The notes beneath the pieces are model-generated. The model was given only the letters and a program-made list of their open reading frames with translations, made no database searches and had not been told where the DNA came from. This document shows, piece after piece, positions 29,671 to 39,670 of a stretch of DNA of 64,000 nucleotides. The DNA comes from Rhodospirillales bacterium (GTDB lineage: Bacteria; Pseudomonadota; Alphaproteobacteria; Rhodospirillales; Casp-alpha2). Made by a program: the position numbers and the translations under genes. Where the stretch lies: positions 36,801-100,800 of the forward strand of contig JAJFII010000111.1 of NCBI GenBank assembly GCA_021775095.1. Reading direction: 5' to 3'. Position 1 is the stretch's first letter. Each line of letters begins with the position of its first letter.

Positions 29671-30581
29671 AAAGCCGGCACCCTGAACTCGGGTCCGTCA
29701 TAGCTGTCGGGAATTCTAATTTGATCGTGTTTTAGGGCCCGCTCGGCGTCGGCAAGGGTTAAACGGATCTGCGCATTGACGTCCTTGCCAATGCTCAAGG
29801 TCACCGCATTGCCCTGTTTGAGCCCGATTTCGACCTTCGAAGATGGCAAATATCCCTGCTCTGCATGGTCGACGGCTTTTAGCACGGCGGCACCGATTTC
29901 TGCAATTGCCGAGCCGATAAAAATATCCGGATGTTGCTTGCACCAATCCATGGCATTGCCGATCTGATGGATACTTGCAACCCGGCAGGCCTCGATCACG
30001 CCGAGACGTGCGCCATTGAGCATGGTGAAAATAACGTCAACGTCCTGGGCAATCTGCGCGTCCGCCCAAATTTTGGTGACGTCATTGTCGTCCTGGGTGC
30101 CGCAAAAGGAAGTTAGAACCGTAATATCGGGCTTGGCAAATTTGGCCCCGGCAACATAGGCGGCGCGGCCCTTTAAACCCGGTTTTACCCGATGTCCCGA
30201 CAGGTGACCGACCACCCCGGTCTGGGAATAATGGGCGGCCAGAATTCCGGCAAGAAAAGCAGATTCTTCCTGGCGGACCTCATAACTGACTAAATTTGAA
30301 CCGGAAACCGAGCCCTGCACGACGGCAAATCTTTTATGGCTGAACTGATCTGCAATTTGCGGCGTAACCTTATCGCCCTGGCCACCAACAAAAATCACAA
30401 AATCAGAAGCCGCCGCCGTTGCCGACAACCGTTCGGCCATTATCCGTTCGTCATAGGGGACCCCGGACACAATGTCGACCTCATGGATATTTTTGCCTCG
30501 AATGGTTTCAGCGCCAGCCAGTGCGCTCGCGTTGAAACCATTGTCATGCAACTCGCCGACGAAAAATACCGATATTTTCAC
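29667..30581 (-). CDS. BMP-family (Med/PnrA-like periplasmic-binding-fold) protein lacking a signal peptide
   Basis: 304 aa. It begins MKISVFFVGELHDNGFN with no hydrophobic leader. The blocks QEESAFLAGILAA and GVVGHLSG resemble BMP/PnrA proteins. Its stop overlaps the tctB start (ATGA at 29667-29670). Confidence 0.7.
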   Translation of the reverse strand: MKISVFFVGELHDNGFNASALAGAETIRGKNIHEVDIVSGVPYDERIMAERLSATAAASDFVIFVGGQGDKVTPQIADQFSHKRFAVVQGSVSGSNLVSYEVRQEESAFLAGILAAHYSQTGVVGHLSGHRVKPGLKGRAAYVAGAKFAKPDITVLTSFCGTQDDNDVTKIWADAQIAQDVDVIFTMLNGARLGVIEACRVASIHQIGNAMDWCKQHPDIFIGSAIAEIGAAVLKAVDHAEQGYLPSSKVEIGLKQGNAVTLSIGKDVNAQIRLTLADAERALKHDQIRIPDSYDGPEFRVPAL

Positions 30582-30639
30582 TGCGCAACAGTCCCCGTTG
30601 TCATTCGAAGTGGTTCTCTCAATAGCAGACCTTAACGGA

Positions 30640-31605
30640 CTATTTTTTAGCTCCGGACGAGATGATCAGGGGTTTCCATTTTTCGATTTGCTCGGCGACA
30701 TAGGCCTGGAATTGTTGGGTGGTCTTTCGTTCGTGAACCAGACCCCAAAACTTAAACTTTTCCTGTACAGAGGGGAGTTGCACGATCTCGGCCAGTGCCA
30801 TGTCCATTTTATCAATGATATCTGGATCAAGTCCCGCTGGCGCTGTTATGCCCAGCCAGTTTTCCGCAACAATATCAAATCCCTGTTCCCTGAAAGTCAT
30901 CAGATCCGGGTTCGAGCGGGTGCGTGCCGGCGCGCTGATTGCCAAAGCCACCGTCGTCCCATCATTGATCGCCGGTATATTTTGCGGCAAAGCATCGAAC
31001 ATAATGGGAATGACACCACTGCGGAAATCCTGACGCATGGGGCGCGACCCTTTATAGGGAATGCTGACCAGTTCGATGTTCGCGAGTTTATTGAACTGAA
31101 AACCAACGACGTTACTCCATGACCCAACTCCAGAAGATCCAAAATCAAGTTTACCCGGTTCGGCTTTGGCTTTGGCGACGTATTCAGCCAGATTTTTAAC
31201 GCCCAAATCTGGCGATACAAACAGCCCGAGATAAACCGTGCCGATGTAGGAGACATGGGTAAAATCCTTAAGCGCGTCATAGGGCACTTTTTTAAATAAA
31301 GTCGGCGCGATGGAATAGGGTGCCAGGTTGGAAAGCATGAACGCGTGGCCATCGGCTTTTTCTCTTTTGAGGGCAACAGCCGCAACCGTTCCGCCGGCAC
31401 CGGGTTTGTTTTCAACGACAAACTGCTCACCAAATTTATCCGACAAATGGGTGCTGAGAAGTCGCGCCACGAGGTCACTTGAACCGCCCGGCGGGAACGA
31501 GACAAAAATCCGGACGGGTTTTGTCGGCCATTCCGCCGCTTGCAGATTTGGCCCGATAAATATCGCCAAACCCAATATCGCAAGTGTTAAAAATCTAAAT
31601 TTCAT
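30640..31605 (-). CDS. tctC: TTT periplasmic substrate-binding protein (TctC / Bug family, second copy)
   Basis: 321 aa with a signal peptide (LAILGLAIFIGPNLQA) and the Bug-family blocks ENKPGAGGT and IPYKGS. Confidence 0.9.
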   Translation of the reverse strand: MKFRFLTLAILGLAIFIGPNLQAAEWPTKPVRIFVSFPPGGSSDLVARLLSTHLSDKFGEQFVVENKPGAGGTVAAVALKREKADGHAFMLSNLAPYSIAPTLFKKVPYDALKDFTHVSYIGTVYLGLFVSPDLGVKNLAEYVAKAKAEPGKLDFGSSGVGSWSNVVGFQFNKLANIELVSIPYKGSRPMRQDFRSGVIPIMFDALPQNIPAINDGTTVALAISAPARTRSNPDLMTFREQGFDIVAENWLGITAPAGLDPDIIDKMDMALAEIVQLPSVQEKFKFWGLVHERKTTQQFQAYVAEQIEKWKPLIISSGAKK

Positions 31606-31716
31606 CTAACCGCTCCTTTTTGTCATAGGCGCCACGAAAGAACAGTCTTTACCATTAACCGGGATTGGATGTTCTAAAAAGAACAAAAAATCGCCTGTAC
31701 TGATGCCGTATTGGCA

Positions 31717-32637
31717 TCAACGGTTGCGATCTTTGCGCTCGCGCCTGGAAAGTTCTTCCGCGGCAATATTAATAAAGGTTTGGGTTGAAGCAGAAAGCGC
31801 CCGGCCTTTTCTGACCTGAATGCTGAGGTCCCTGAAGATCGGCGCGGTGTGGGTGACCGGTATGTGCACCAGCTTATTTGCCTGGAGTTCATCTTCAAAC
31901 CCAAAAACCGATTGGAAGGTAATCCCGGCACCGCGCAAGGCAAGATTTTTCATTAACTCGAGCGAACTGGATTCAACGATAATAGGGGCCGTTTGGCCAA
32001 GTGTTCTGAGCGTTGGTTCGAGCAGCGGGCGAATGGAAAGGTTTTCATTGCCCAATATCCAGGGGTAGGCAAGGGTATTCAAAAGCGTAAGTCGCGGTTC
32101 CTTTGCCAACGGATGATCGGGTCGCATAATCGCCCCAATGTGAAAATGCCCATAGGCAAGTTGTTCGATTTCCGGCGAGCTGGAGATTGAGAACGCGACC
32201 CCGACATCCGATTCCCCGTCGGCCAAAACCTGAGGAATAGAATGGGATTCCATGGTCTGAACCCTGAAGTGCAGGTCGGGATATACGCCGAGCATTTTTT
32301 CAATAACCGCAGGCAAAAACGCATGGGTCAGTCCTTCGACCGCGACGATCCCAATTTCACCCCGGCGTCCGCCCTTCAGTGCGGCAAGCTCATCTTGAAA
32401 CCGCGACGCATCCTGCAGAACGGTTGTTGTGTGGCGGGCAAAGATTTCGCCAGCCTCGGTCAGCTTAAGACCGCTGTTCAACCGTTCAAACAACGGGGCA
32501 TCAAATTCGTTTTCGAGTTTGAGAATCTGTCGGTTGACGGCTGAAGACGCGACATTGAGTTCGCGGGCCCCACCGCGGATCGAGCCGGCCCGCCGCACCG
32601 CATCGAAATAACGCAGGGCTGCCGCATGTATCCGCAT
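31717..32637 (-). CDS. LysR-family transcriptional regulator
   Basis: 306 aa with an N-terminal HTH (LRYFDAVRRAGSIRGGARELNVASSAVNRQILKLE). Same strand as, and upstream of, the second TTT operon. Confidence 0.9.
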   Translation of the reverse strand: MRIHAAALRYFDAVRRAGSIRGGARELNVASSAVNRQILKLENEFDAPLFERLNSGLKLTEAGEIFARHTTTVLQDASRFQDELAALKGGRRGEIGIVAVEGLTHAFLPAVIEKMLGVYPDLHFRVQTMESHSIPQVLADGESDVGVAFSISSSPEIEQLAYGHFHIGAIMRPDHPLAKEPRLTLLNTLAYPWILGNENLSIRPLLEPTLRTLGQTAPIIVESSSLELMKNLALRGAGITFQSVFGFEDELQANKLVHIPVTHTAPIFRDLSIQVRKGRALSASTQTFINIAAEELSRRERKDRNR

Positions 32638-33155
32638 TTTTGCCTCGTTAATCCCTGATGCTGTCGTCGCAGATTTCGCCGATCAGCGACCGTCCAGATT
32701 TATTATCAACACCCAGCCGAGAATTACCAGGGAAAGGGGCCGGGGCACCGCAGCCCGGCCAAGCAAACGCCCGGATTTGGACCTGATGGAGGAACAGTAT
32801 ATGTATATGCAGTTAATTATCATCCCATTTGACGCTTATGGCAAAGCCCGACCAAAATTTCATCACCCGTCGATCTTAATCTCAAACTATTGATCTTAAG
32901 GGCAGGTATTCTTGCGCTGCTGACTGGCGGTGTTCTCTCCTTATCGGTGCAAATATCGCTGCAGGCCAGGGTTTCGGGCAACTGCCCATCGCCCATTTCC
33001 TGCAGGCCTTGTTTTGCAAGTTTATGCAGGCCTGTGAAGGTCGTTCCGGCGGCGGCGTTTAATCCATTGTTTTAATTTTCACACAGACCGTGATAGGTAT
33101 CGTTGCCAAATAAATTCTTTGTGGTGAACAGATAAATGAAAAGCCTATTTAGCAG

Positions 33156-34028
33156 ATGAAAGCGTCGGAAACAGAAAATGAATTTTCGCTGGACACAGCT
33201 TCATTTCTGCACCGGGTTCGCGACGAAATGCCACACCTTCGGCCGACGGAACGACGATTGGCAGAATTTGTCAGCAATTTTCCGGGCGAACTGGCCAGTT
33301 ATACGGCATCGGAACTGGCTCGGTTGGCGAATGTTTCCAACTCCACAGTGACGCGGCTGATTAAACGATTGGGTTATTCCAACTACGACCAGGCGCGGCG
33401 GCATGTCCGCTCGGAAAGCAAGACCGGGTCCCGGTTATACCTGACGCCAGCCGTCGCCGATCGATCGGGCCAGTCGTTGGATGAACACATTTTGCAAAAT
33501 CAGCTTAACCTAAGAAACACCTTTGCCAATATCCCGGACAAAGAGGTAAGAGCCGTCGCTAAGGCGATGTTGAGTGCCCGTAAAACCTGGGTTATCGGAT
33601 ACCGGACCAGTCACTCAATCGCCCGTTATTTTCAATGGCAAGCGACCCAGGTCATCGAAAGTATCATTGCCATTCCGGGCGCAGGCGAGACTTTGGGTGA
33701 GCACGTGGTAAGTATCTCCGACAAGGACCTGGTTATCCTTTTTGGGTTGCGGCGGCGGGTCTCTCGAATTGCCGAGATCATCGCAATTGTCAAAAAAACC
33801 AAGGCAAAATTTCTCTATATTACCGATGAAGGTGTTGAAAAAAACCGTTCGGCCGACTGGCATTTCCGCTGTGAAACACAAGCACCCGGACCGCTATTTA
33901 GTCATGTGTCCGTGATGGCCCTTTGTCACCTGCTGATCACCCGGGCAATCGAACTGGCTGATAACAATGGCCGCAAGCGGTTAACTTCCATCGAGGTTGC
34001 CAACGATTCCCTGGACGAACTCTCCTGA
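33156..34028 (+). CDS. MurR/RpiR-family transcriptional regulator (HTH_6 + SIS domain)
   Basis: 290 aa. HTH RLANVSNSTVTRLIKRLGY, followed by a SIS-like Rossmann region. Confidence 0.85.
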   Translation: MKASETENEFSLDTASFLHRVRDEMPHLRPTERRLAEFVSNFPGELASYTASELARLANVSNSTVTRLIKRLGYSNYDQARRHVRSESKTGSRLYLTPAVADRSGQSLDEHILQNQLNLRNTFANIPDKEVRAVAKAMLSARKTWVIGYRTSHSIARYFQWQATQVIESIIAIPGAGETLGEHVVSISDKDLVILFGLRRRVSRIAEIIAIVKKTKAKFLYITDEGVEKNRSADWHFRCETQAPGPLFSHVSVMALCHLLITRAIELADNNGRKRLTSIEVANDSLDELS

Positions 34029-34034
34029 AGACGG

Positions 34035-34066
34035 CTTCCCCGGGAATTTGTTTTCCCCGGGAATTT
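34035..34066. repeat. tandem pair of a palindrome-containing 15-mer
   Basis: TTCCCCGGGAATTTG occurs at 34035-34049 and again at 34052-34066. Each copy holds TTCCC-C-GGGAA inverted arms. The pair starts 7 nt after the rpiR stop and lies upstream of dctP. Confidence 0.6.
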
Positions 34067-34236
34067 GATGCCGCATCGCTCTGTCGCTAAAAAAAAGGAA
34101 CGTCCTTAAGGGCCGGTCGTTTTGAATACGAGTGAAAATATTTTACCATATATATAGATTTTGAAAATATAATTGCATATTGAATTTACCTGATCCATAC
34201 TTGCCGTTCTGCAAATTCATAAAAAGGGAAAGAGCT

Positions 34237-35265
34237 ATGTCTGTAAGTAAATTAACTTTAGCCGGGCTTGCGGCCTTTATGCTGACCACATCCGCCCAGG
34301 CACTTGAATTGAAAGTCATGGGCCAGCCGGCCGGTTCCGGATTGATTCAAAAGAACAAAGAAGAACCGTTTTTTAAGGACCTTGCAAAAAACACCGGGAT
34401 TGATCTGACGGCCAATTACCGTCCGGTTGATGTGACGGGCATTCCTGACACCGATGGACTTCGGGTTTTGCGGCGGGGTTTGTTCGATATCGTCTCCTTG
34501 CGTGGTCCCCAGGTGAGCCGGGATGAACCGACAATCCTGGGGTTCGATCTTGTCGGCCTGAACCCGACCTTTGCAAAAGGCAAAGCCAATACCGATGCGT
34601 TCTTTGCGACCGTCGATCAACGGTTGCAGGAAAAGTTTAATGCCAAACTATTGGGCGTCTGGCCGGCCGGCCCACAGGTGGTTTTTTGTAAAACCGAAAT
34701 AACCAGCCTGAAGGACTTGAAGGGCCTTAAGGTTCGTGTCGGTGACCAAAGTGTCGCCGGGTTCATTGGCGGGCTCGGTGGAACCGGCGTCCCCATGCCC
34801 TTTGGCGAAGTGCAACCGTCGCTCGCCCGCGGTGTTGTCGATTGTGCAATCACCGGTCCCGCATCCGCCAATTCCGCCGGTTGGCCGGAAGTTACCAAAA
34901 CCGTTCTGCCGTTGGCACTTCAGTTGGCGATCAACGGCTATGCAATCAATCTTGATACCTGGAACAAGTTTTCCGCGTCCGATCAAGATAAAATGCAAGC
35001 CGCATTCAGCAAACTGGTAACCGAGATCTGGGCCTATTCGGAGGAACTTTATGCCGACTCATTGCGCTGCAATATTGGCGAAGAACCCTGCGAGCATGGC
35101 AAAAAATATAAACTGAAAAAAGTTCCTGTGTCCGACAGTGATTTGATGGCCGTTGCCGCGGCGGTGAAGAAGTCATCGCTCCCCGTATGGGCGAAACAAT
35201 GCAACGCGGTTAACAGCAGCTGTGAAGCCAATTGGATGGCAACCGTTGGAAAAAATCTGAACTAG
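34237..35265 (+). CDS. dctP: TRAP transporter substrate-binding protein (DctP family)
   Basis: The ORF is open from 34180. The ATG at 34237 gives a signal peptide (MSVSKLTLAGLAAFMLTTSAQA). Followed by dctQ and dctM. Confidence 0.8.
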   Translation: MSVSKLTLAGLAAFMLTTSAQALELKVMGQPAGSGLIQKNKEEPFFKDLAKNTGIDLTANYRPVDVTGIPDTDGLRVLRRGLFDIVSLRGPQVSRDEPTILGFDLVGLNPTFAKGKANTDAFFATVDQRLQEKFNAKLLGVWPAGPQVVFCKTEITSLKDLKGLKVRVGDQSVAGFIGGLGGTGVPMPFGEVQPSLARGVVDCAITGPASANSAGWPEVTKTVLPLALQLAINGYAINLDTWNKFSASDQDKMQAAFSKLVTEIWAYSEELYADSLRCNIGEEPCEHGKKYKLKKVPVSDSDLMAVAAAVKKSSLPVWAKQCNAVNSSCEANWMATVGKNLN

Positions 35266-35307
35266 GGTCAGGACCCTGTGACATGACAGCTCCCTGGAGG
35301 CGGCAAG

Positions 35308-35862
35308 ATGAGGAATTTTGGCAATTGGTTAGGTGCAACATTCGGATTGCTGATGCTCATCTTGTCCGTCGCTGTCGCCATAGAAACGATCATTCGAAAA
35401 CTTTTCACCATATCGCTTGGCGGCGTTGATGAGCTGTCGGGTTATGCCATCGCCGTGGGAGCGCCACTTGCCTTCACCGTAACATTGATTGATCGCGGCC
35501 ATATCCGTATCAATTTATTGCACCTCCGTCTGGGGCAACGATCGCAAGCCCTGTTAAACGGAATTGCCTCGATAATGCTCGGCCTGTTGGCTGGCTATAT
35601 GCTGATCTATTCGGTACGCACGTTTCTCGAGACCCGAGAGTACAACAGCATTTCGCAAACCCCATGGGCGACGCCACTGGTCTATCCGCAATTTTTTTGG
35701 GTCGCCGCGATGGCCGTGTTCGCTGGCTGCGCCCTGTGGCTGGCCGCCCGATCTTTGCGGCTGTTGGTTAATCGCAATTGGCAAACAATCAATCTGGAGT
35801 TCCAGCCACCGTCGGTGGAAGAAGAACTCGACAGAGAACTTGACGACCTCAAACGTCGCTGA
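35308..35862 (+). CDS. dctQ: TRAP transporter small permease (DctQ)
   Basis: 184 aa with four TM segments, positioned between dctP and dctM. Confidence 0.8.
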   Translation: MRNFGNWLGATFGLLMLILSVAVAIETIIRKLFTISLGGVDELSGYAIAVGAPLAFTVTLIDRGHIRINLLHLRLGQRSQALLNGIASIMLGLLAGYMLIYSVRTFLETREYNSISQTPWATPLVYPQFFWVAAMAVFAGCALWLAARSLRLLVNRNWQTINLEFQPPSVEEELDRELDDLKRR

Positions 35863-35880
35863 TCGTAAAGGATAGAATCC

Positions 35881-37179
35881 GTGAGCATTAGTGCAATCGC
35901 CATTGGGTTTGCCGCAATGTTGGCCTTGATGATGATCGGCATGCCGGTCGCCGTTTCAATTATCACCGTCGGTGTTTTCGGCGGCTACCTGGCATTTGGC
36001 ATGCCGTTGGTTGAATCCATGGGCGGGGTCATTTGGGGCACCTTAAACAACAGCATTATGACGGCGATCCCGTTGTTTATGCTGCTCGGAGAAATTTTAT
36101 TAAGAGGCGGCATCGCCGACCGCATGTATGATGCGTTGGCCGTATGGCTCGGACGGCTGCCCGGCGGATTGCTCCATACCAATATCGGCTGTTGTGCCCT
36201 GTTTGCCGCGACATCCGGGTCTTCAGTTGCCACGGCGGCGACGGTCGGCACCGTTGCGCTGCCGGCGCTTTCGGCGCGAAATTACCCGGAACGGGCAGCA
36301 TTGGGGTCGCTTGCCGCCGGCGGCACATTGGGCATTTTAATTCCGCCGAGTATAAATCTGTTGGTCTATGGATCCCTCGCCAACACCTCCGTTGGCCAAT
36401 TGTTCATTGCCGGCATTATCCCTGGATTGGCGATGACCAGTCTGTTTCTTTTGTACATCGCGCTGTTTCACCATAGTGACGGCGACCGGCAAACCCAGTC
36501 AATTGCCCTTTCCACAAAACTGAAACTGCTGGTAAATCTGGTGCCGCCGGCAATTATTTTTCTAATTGTTATGGGCAGTATTTATGGCGGAATTGCGACG
36601 CCGACGGAATCTGCTGCCCTCGGCGTTTTGGCCGCACTGTTTTTTGTCTGGCGCAACGGCCAGCTGAACTGGCCGCTGCTGCAACGGTGTTTTATGCAAT
36701 CGGCAAGCACGACGGGAATGGTCCTGTTGGTGATTGTCTGTGCCTTGTTGCTGAATGTAACCCTGTCAATGGTCGGTGCCGCGCAGGCCGTAACCGAATG
36801 GGTGGCAACCCTCGGACTGGACCGTACGGCACTCCTTCTTTTGTTGGTTTTGTTCTACATTATACTTGGCATGTTTATGGACGCCATGTCGATGCTCGTA
36901 TTGACCGTACCGATTGCCGTGCCGATGGTGGCGGCGGTTGGCGTTGATCCGATCTGGTTTGGGATTTTTATCGTGGTGATGTGCGAGATTGCGCTGATAA
37001 CGCCACCGGTCGGGATGAATTTGTTTGTCGTGCAAGGGGTCAGAAAAGGCGAAGGCGATTTTTCCGACGTGATGTACGGTGCCATGCCCTATGTGGGGAT
37101 CATGATGATATTTGTCGGCCTGTTGGTTTTTTTCCCGGAAATTGCCCTGTGGTTGCCGACCACCATGTCTGGTGAATAA
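35881..37179 (+). CDS. dctM: TRAP transporter large permease (DctM)
   Basis: 432 aa polytopic protein. It shares blocks with the other two DctM copies (GIPPS, PPVGMNLF). GTG start. Confidence 0.9.
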   Translation: MSISAIAIGFAAMLALMMIGMPVAVSIITVGVFGGYLAFGMPLVESMGGVIWGTLNNSIMTAIPLFMLLGEILLRGGIADRMYDALAVWLGRLPGGLLHTNIGCCALFAATSGSSVATAATVGTVALPALSARNYPERAALGSLAAGGTLGILIPPSINLLVYGSLANTSVGQLFIAGIIPGLAMTSLFLLYIALFHHSDGDRQTQSIALSTKLKLLVNLVPPAIIFLIVMGSIYGGIATPTESAALGVLAALFFVWRNGQLNWPLLQRCFMQSASTTGMVLLVIVCALLLNVTLSMVGAAQAVTEWVATLGLDRTALLLLLVLFYIILGMFMDAMSMLVLTVPIAVPMVAAVGVDPIWFGIFIVVMCEIALITPPVGMNLFVVQGVRKGEGDFSDVMYGAMPYVGIMMIFVGLLVFFPEIALWLPTTMSGE

Positions 37180-37181
37180 TC

Positions 37182-37877
37182 GTGAAACCGGCAATAAAAC
37201 AGCGCGGCAGGTCAGTGCGAATCCTCGTAATTAATCCCAATACCAACAGCCAAATCACCGAACGCATAAAAATCATGGGTAACGCTATTGTTTCACCCGG
37301 AACCTCCCTGCATACGGTCAATCCGAAAAGCGGACCCCTTGGCATCCAAACATTGGCCGACCGGGCGACGGCGGAACCCCTTGTCCTTGAGATGATAGTG
37401 CAAGGGCAAAAAGCCGGCTATGATGCCTTTGTTCTGGCCTGTTTTGATGACATTGCCTTGGACGCTGCACGTAAACAGGTTAAGCAGCCGGTCGTCGGGA
37501 CCTTTCAGGCGGGCATCAATGTGGCCCGTACCATCGGCCAAAGGTTTTCGATTGTTACGACCTATGACGGGGCCGTTGCAACCATCGAAAAGTTGATAGA
37601 GACTTATGGTGTCTCTGACATTGCGAAGGTCCGTGCTGCCGGCATCAGTGTTGCTGATGCGGCCAATCCCGGCACCGGTAATGACGATCTGGCAAAAGCC
37701 TTTGACGCGTCAATCCGGCTCGATAAGGCAGAGGCAATCCTGCTCGGATCTGGTGGATTGGCGGGCCGCGCCGCATCCCTGTCTCAACAGTTTCGGGTGC
37801 CGGTTATCGACGGCACGGCGGCGGCAATCAAGTTAGCCGAAAGTGCCTTGTTAACGCCCGGCGTCTGCCCAGACTAA
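37182..37877 (+). CDS. Asp/Glu/hydantoin racemase-family protein
   Basis: 231 aa. ILVINPNTNSQITERI and the conserved-Cys block AFVLACFDD are typical of this family. Starts 3 nt after dctM. Confidence 0.8.
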   Translation: MKPAIKQRGRSVRILVINPNTNSQITERIKIMGNAIVSPGTSLHTVNPKSGPLGIQTLADRATAEPLVLEMIVQGQKAGYDAFVLACFDDIALDAARKQVKQPVVGTFQAGINVARTIGQRFSIVTTYDGAVATIEKLIETYGVSDIAKVRAAGISVADAANPGTGNDDLAKAFDASIRLDKAEAILLGSGGLAGRAASLSQQFRVPVIDGTAAAIKLAESALLTPGVCPD

Positions 37878-38114
37878 AACGCCTTGATGTCCCGTCGCGC
37901 CGACGGCATGAATTTTGGCCGCGTTGCCCGCGGGGCCCTGACCGTTTGTGGTGCGGCTTGGACGCAACCCCGTATCCATCAGTGAGCCGATGTTTTGTGA
38001 TCTGTTGCCCTGACGAGGTCAATGACAGGGCGGTCTGTTTTGCCCTATGATTTGTCGACGCCCTAAAAAGCGCCTGTTTTGTTTGTTTTACCGCCATGGC
38101 CAGGGACCCGGCTT

Positions 38115-39581
38115 ATGTCACAACGAACCGCCGTTTTCAGCAAACGTGTGCGCGACAGCGCCAGCCCCGCGCCGGTAATGGTGGCACCGGCGACCGCGCT
38201 TAAATCGGTTGTTGATGCCATGGTCGCCCACAAGGCCAGCGCCGCCCTGGTTATCGACCAACGGGGCTGCCCGCTCGGCATCCTGACCGAACAGGATATC
38301 ACCCGGCGCCTGATTTTTCGCATGGATCCGGCTACACCCGTCGCCGAAGCCATGAGTTCGCCGGTGATTTCCATTAGCGACGGGGAATACCTCTATTACG
38401 CCATCGCCCAGATGCGCCGCGCTGGGCTCCGCCACATGGGGGTGGTCGACGGCCAGGGCAAGGCCATTGGCCTGTTAACCCTGGCCCATACCATCGCCCA
38501 GGCGTCGGGCCAGTTGATGACGGAAATTGACCAGTTGACCCGTGACGATACGCTCACCGGCCAGGCCGAGCTGAAACAGGCCCAGGTCTCCCTCGCCGAT
38601 CACCTGTTGAGCGAGGCCATCCCGACCCCGGAAATCCAGGGCCTGCTGACCCGCATCAACAACGACATCTACCGCCGCCTGGTCGACAAAAACCTCAAAG
38701 CCATGGCAGCCGAAGGCCTTGGGCCACCGCCCGCCGCCTTCAGTGTCATCGTCATGGGCTCCGGCGGCCGGGGCGAAAATTATCTCTATCCGGACCAGGA
38801 CAACGGATTTATTATCGACGATTATCCGGACCCCAACCACACGGATTTTGACCGCTGGTTCATTGACCTGGCCGAACGCCTGACCGCCGATCTCGATGCC
38901 GTCGGTCTGCCCCTGTGCCGTGGATATGTGATGGCGACCAATCCGTTGTGGCGCAAAACCCTGTCCCAGTGGAAACACCAGCTGCGCCTTTGGAACACCA
39001 ACCCGACGACCACCCGCCTGCGCCTGTGTGATATTTTTTTCGATTTCCGAACGGTCTGGGGATCGCCCGAACGGGCCGACGACCTGCGCCGCTATGTGAC
39101 CAAAATAACCAGCCACAATCCGGCTTTTCTGCGCGCCATGTATGATGATGACCAGGACCACGGCACGGCGCTCGGCTGGTTGGGTCGGTTCATAACCGTC
39201 AAACAAAAGGAAGATCCCGCCTACCAGGGCTATTTAAATTTAAAACATACCGCAACCCTGCCCCTGGTCGAGGCCATCCGTCTGCTCGCCCTGCGCGAAG
39301 GCCTGGTGCAAATCGGCACCCTGGATCGGCTGCAAGCCCTCTACGCCACAGGTATCTTAAATACCAATACCTATGATTATCTGCACGGCGCCTTTTGTTT
39401 TATCTCGCATCTGTTGTTCCGCCAGCAGCTGCAAAACTTCAAATCAAATAAACCGGTGAATTATTACATCCACCCGGACAGCCTGACCAAACGGGAAACG
39501 GACATCTTAAAGGATTCCCTGAAAGCCATTGACGATCTGCGCGACCGCATCAGAGGTGAATTGACCGGCGATCTTTTTTAA
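38115..39581 (+). CDS. CBS-pair + DUF294 putative nucleotidyltransferase signal-transduction protein
   Basis: The ORF is open from 38079. I prefer the ATG at 38115. It has tandem CBS motifs, then the nucleotidyltransferase block GSGGRGENYLYPDQDNGFII and a DUF294_C-like helical tail. Confidence 0.8.
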   Translation: MSQRTAVFSKRVRDSASPAPVMVAPATALKSVVDAMVAHKASAALVIDQRGCPLGILTEQDITRRLIFRMDPATPVAEAMSSPVISISDGEYLYYAIAQMRRAGLRHMGVVDGQGKAIGLLTLAHTIAQASGQLMTEIDQLTRDDTLTGQAELKQAQVSLADHLLSEAIPTPEIQGLLTRINNDIYRRLVDKNLKAMAAEGLGPPPAAFSVIVMGSGGRGENYLYPDQDNGFIIDDYPDPNHTDFDRWFIDLAERLTADLDAVGLPLCRGYVMATNPLWRKTLSQWKHQLRLWNTNPTTTRLRLCDIFFDFRTVWGSPERADDLRRYVTKITSHNPAFLRAMYDDDQDHGTALGWLGRFITVKQKEDPAYQGYLNLKHTATLPLVEAIRLLALREGLVQIGTLDRLQALYATGILNTNTYDYLHGAFCFISHLLFRQQLQNFKSNKPVNYYIHPDSLTKRETDILKDSLKAIDDLRDRIRGELTGDLF

Positions 39582-39670
39582 CCGCCCGCCGATGGCGGAG
39601 CCATTAGGTTGGCGGCCCTGAGCCGCTTTTGTTTGCGCCTCATGGCATTTCCCTGCCCATGCCCCGGGGG

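Noticed and set aside
32638-33155. 518-bp intergenic region with the 61-aa ORF at 32890-33075
   Set aside because: The ORF is short, hydrophobic and low-complexity, without an RBS. Minus-strand reading gives only broken fragments. I could not support any call.
38475-39206. 243-aa minus-strand ORF, and the 198-aa plus-strand ORF at 39629-40225
   Set aside because: These lie antisense to the DUF294 gene and the exonuclease gene respectively. They show no family signatures and have shadow-ORF composition.
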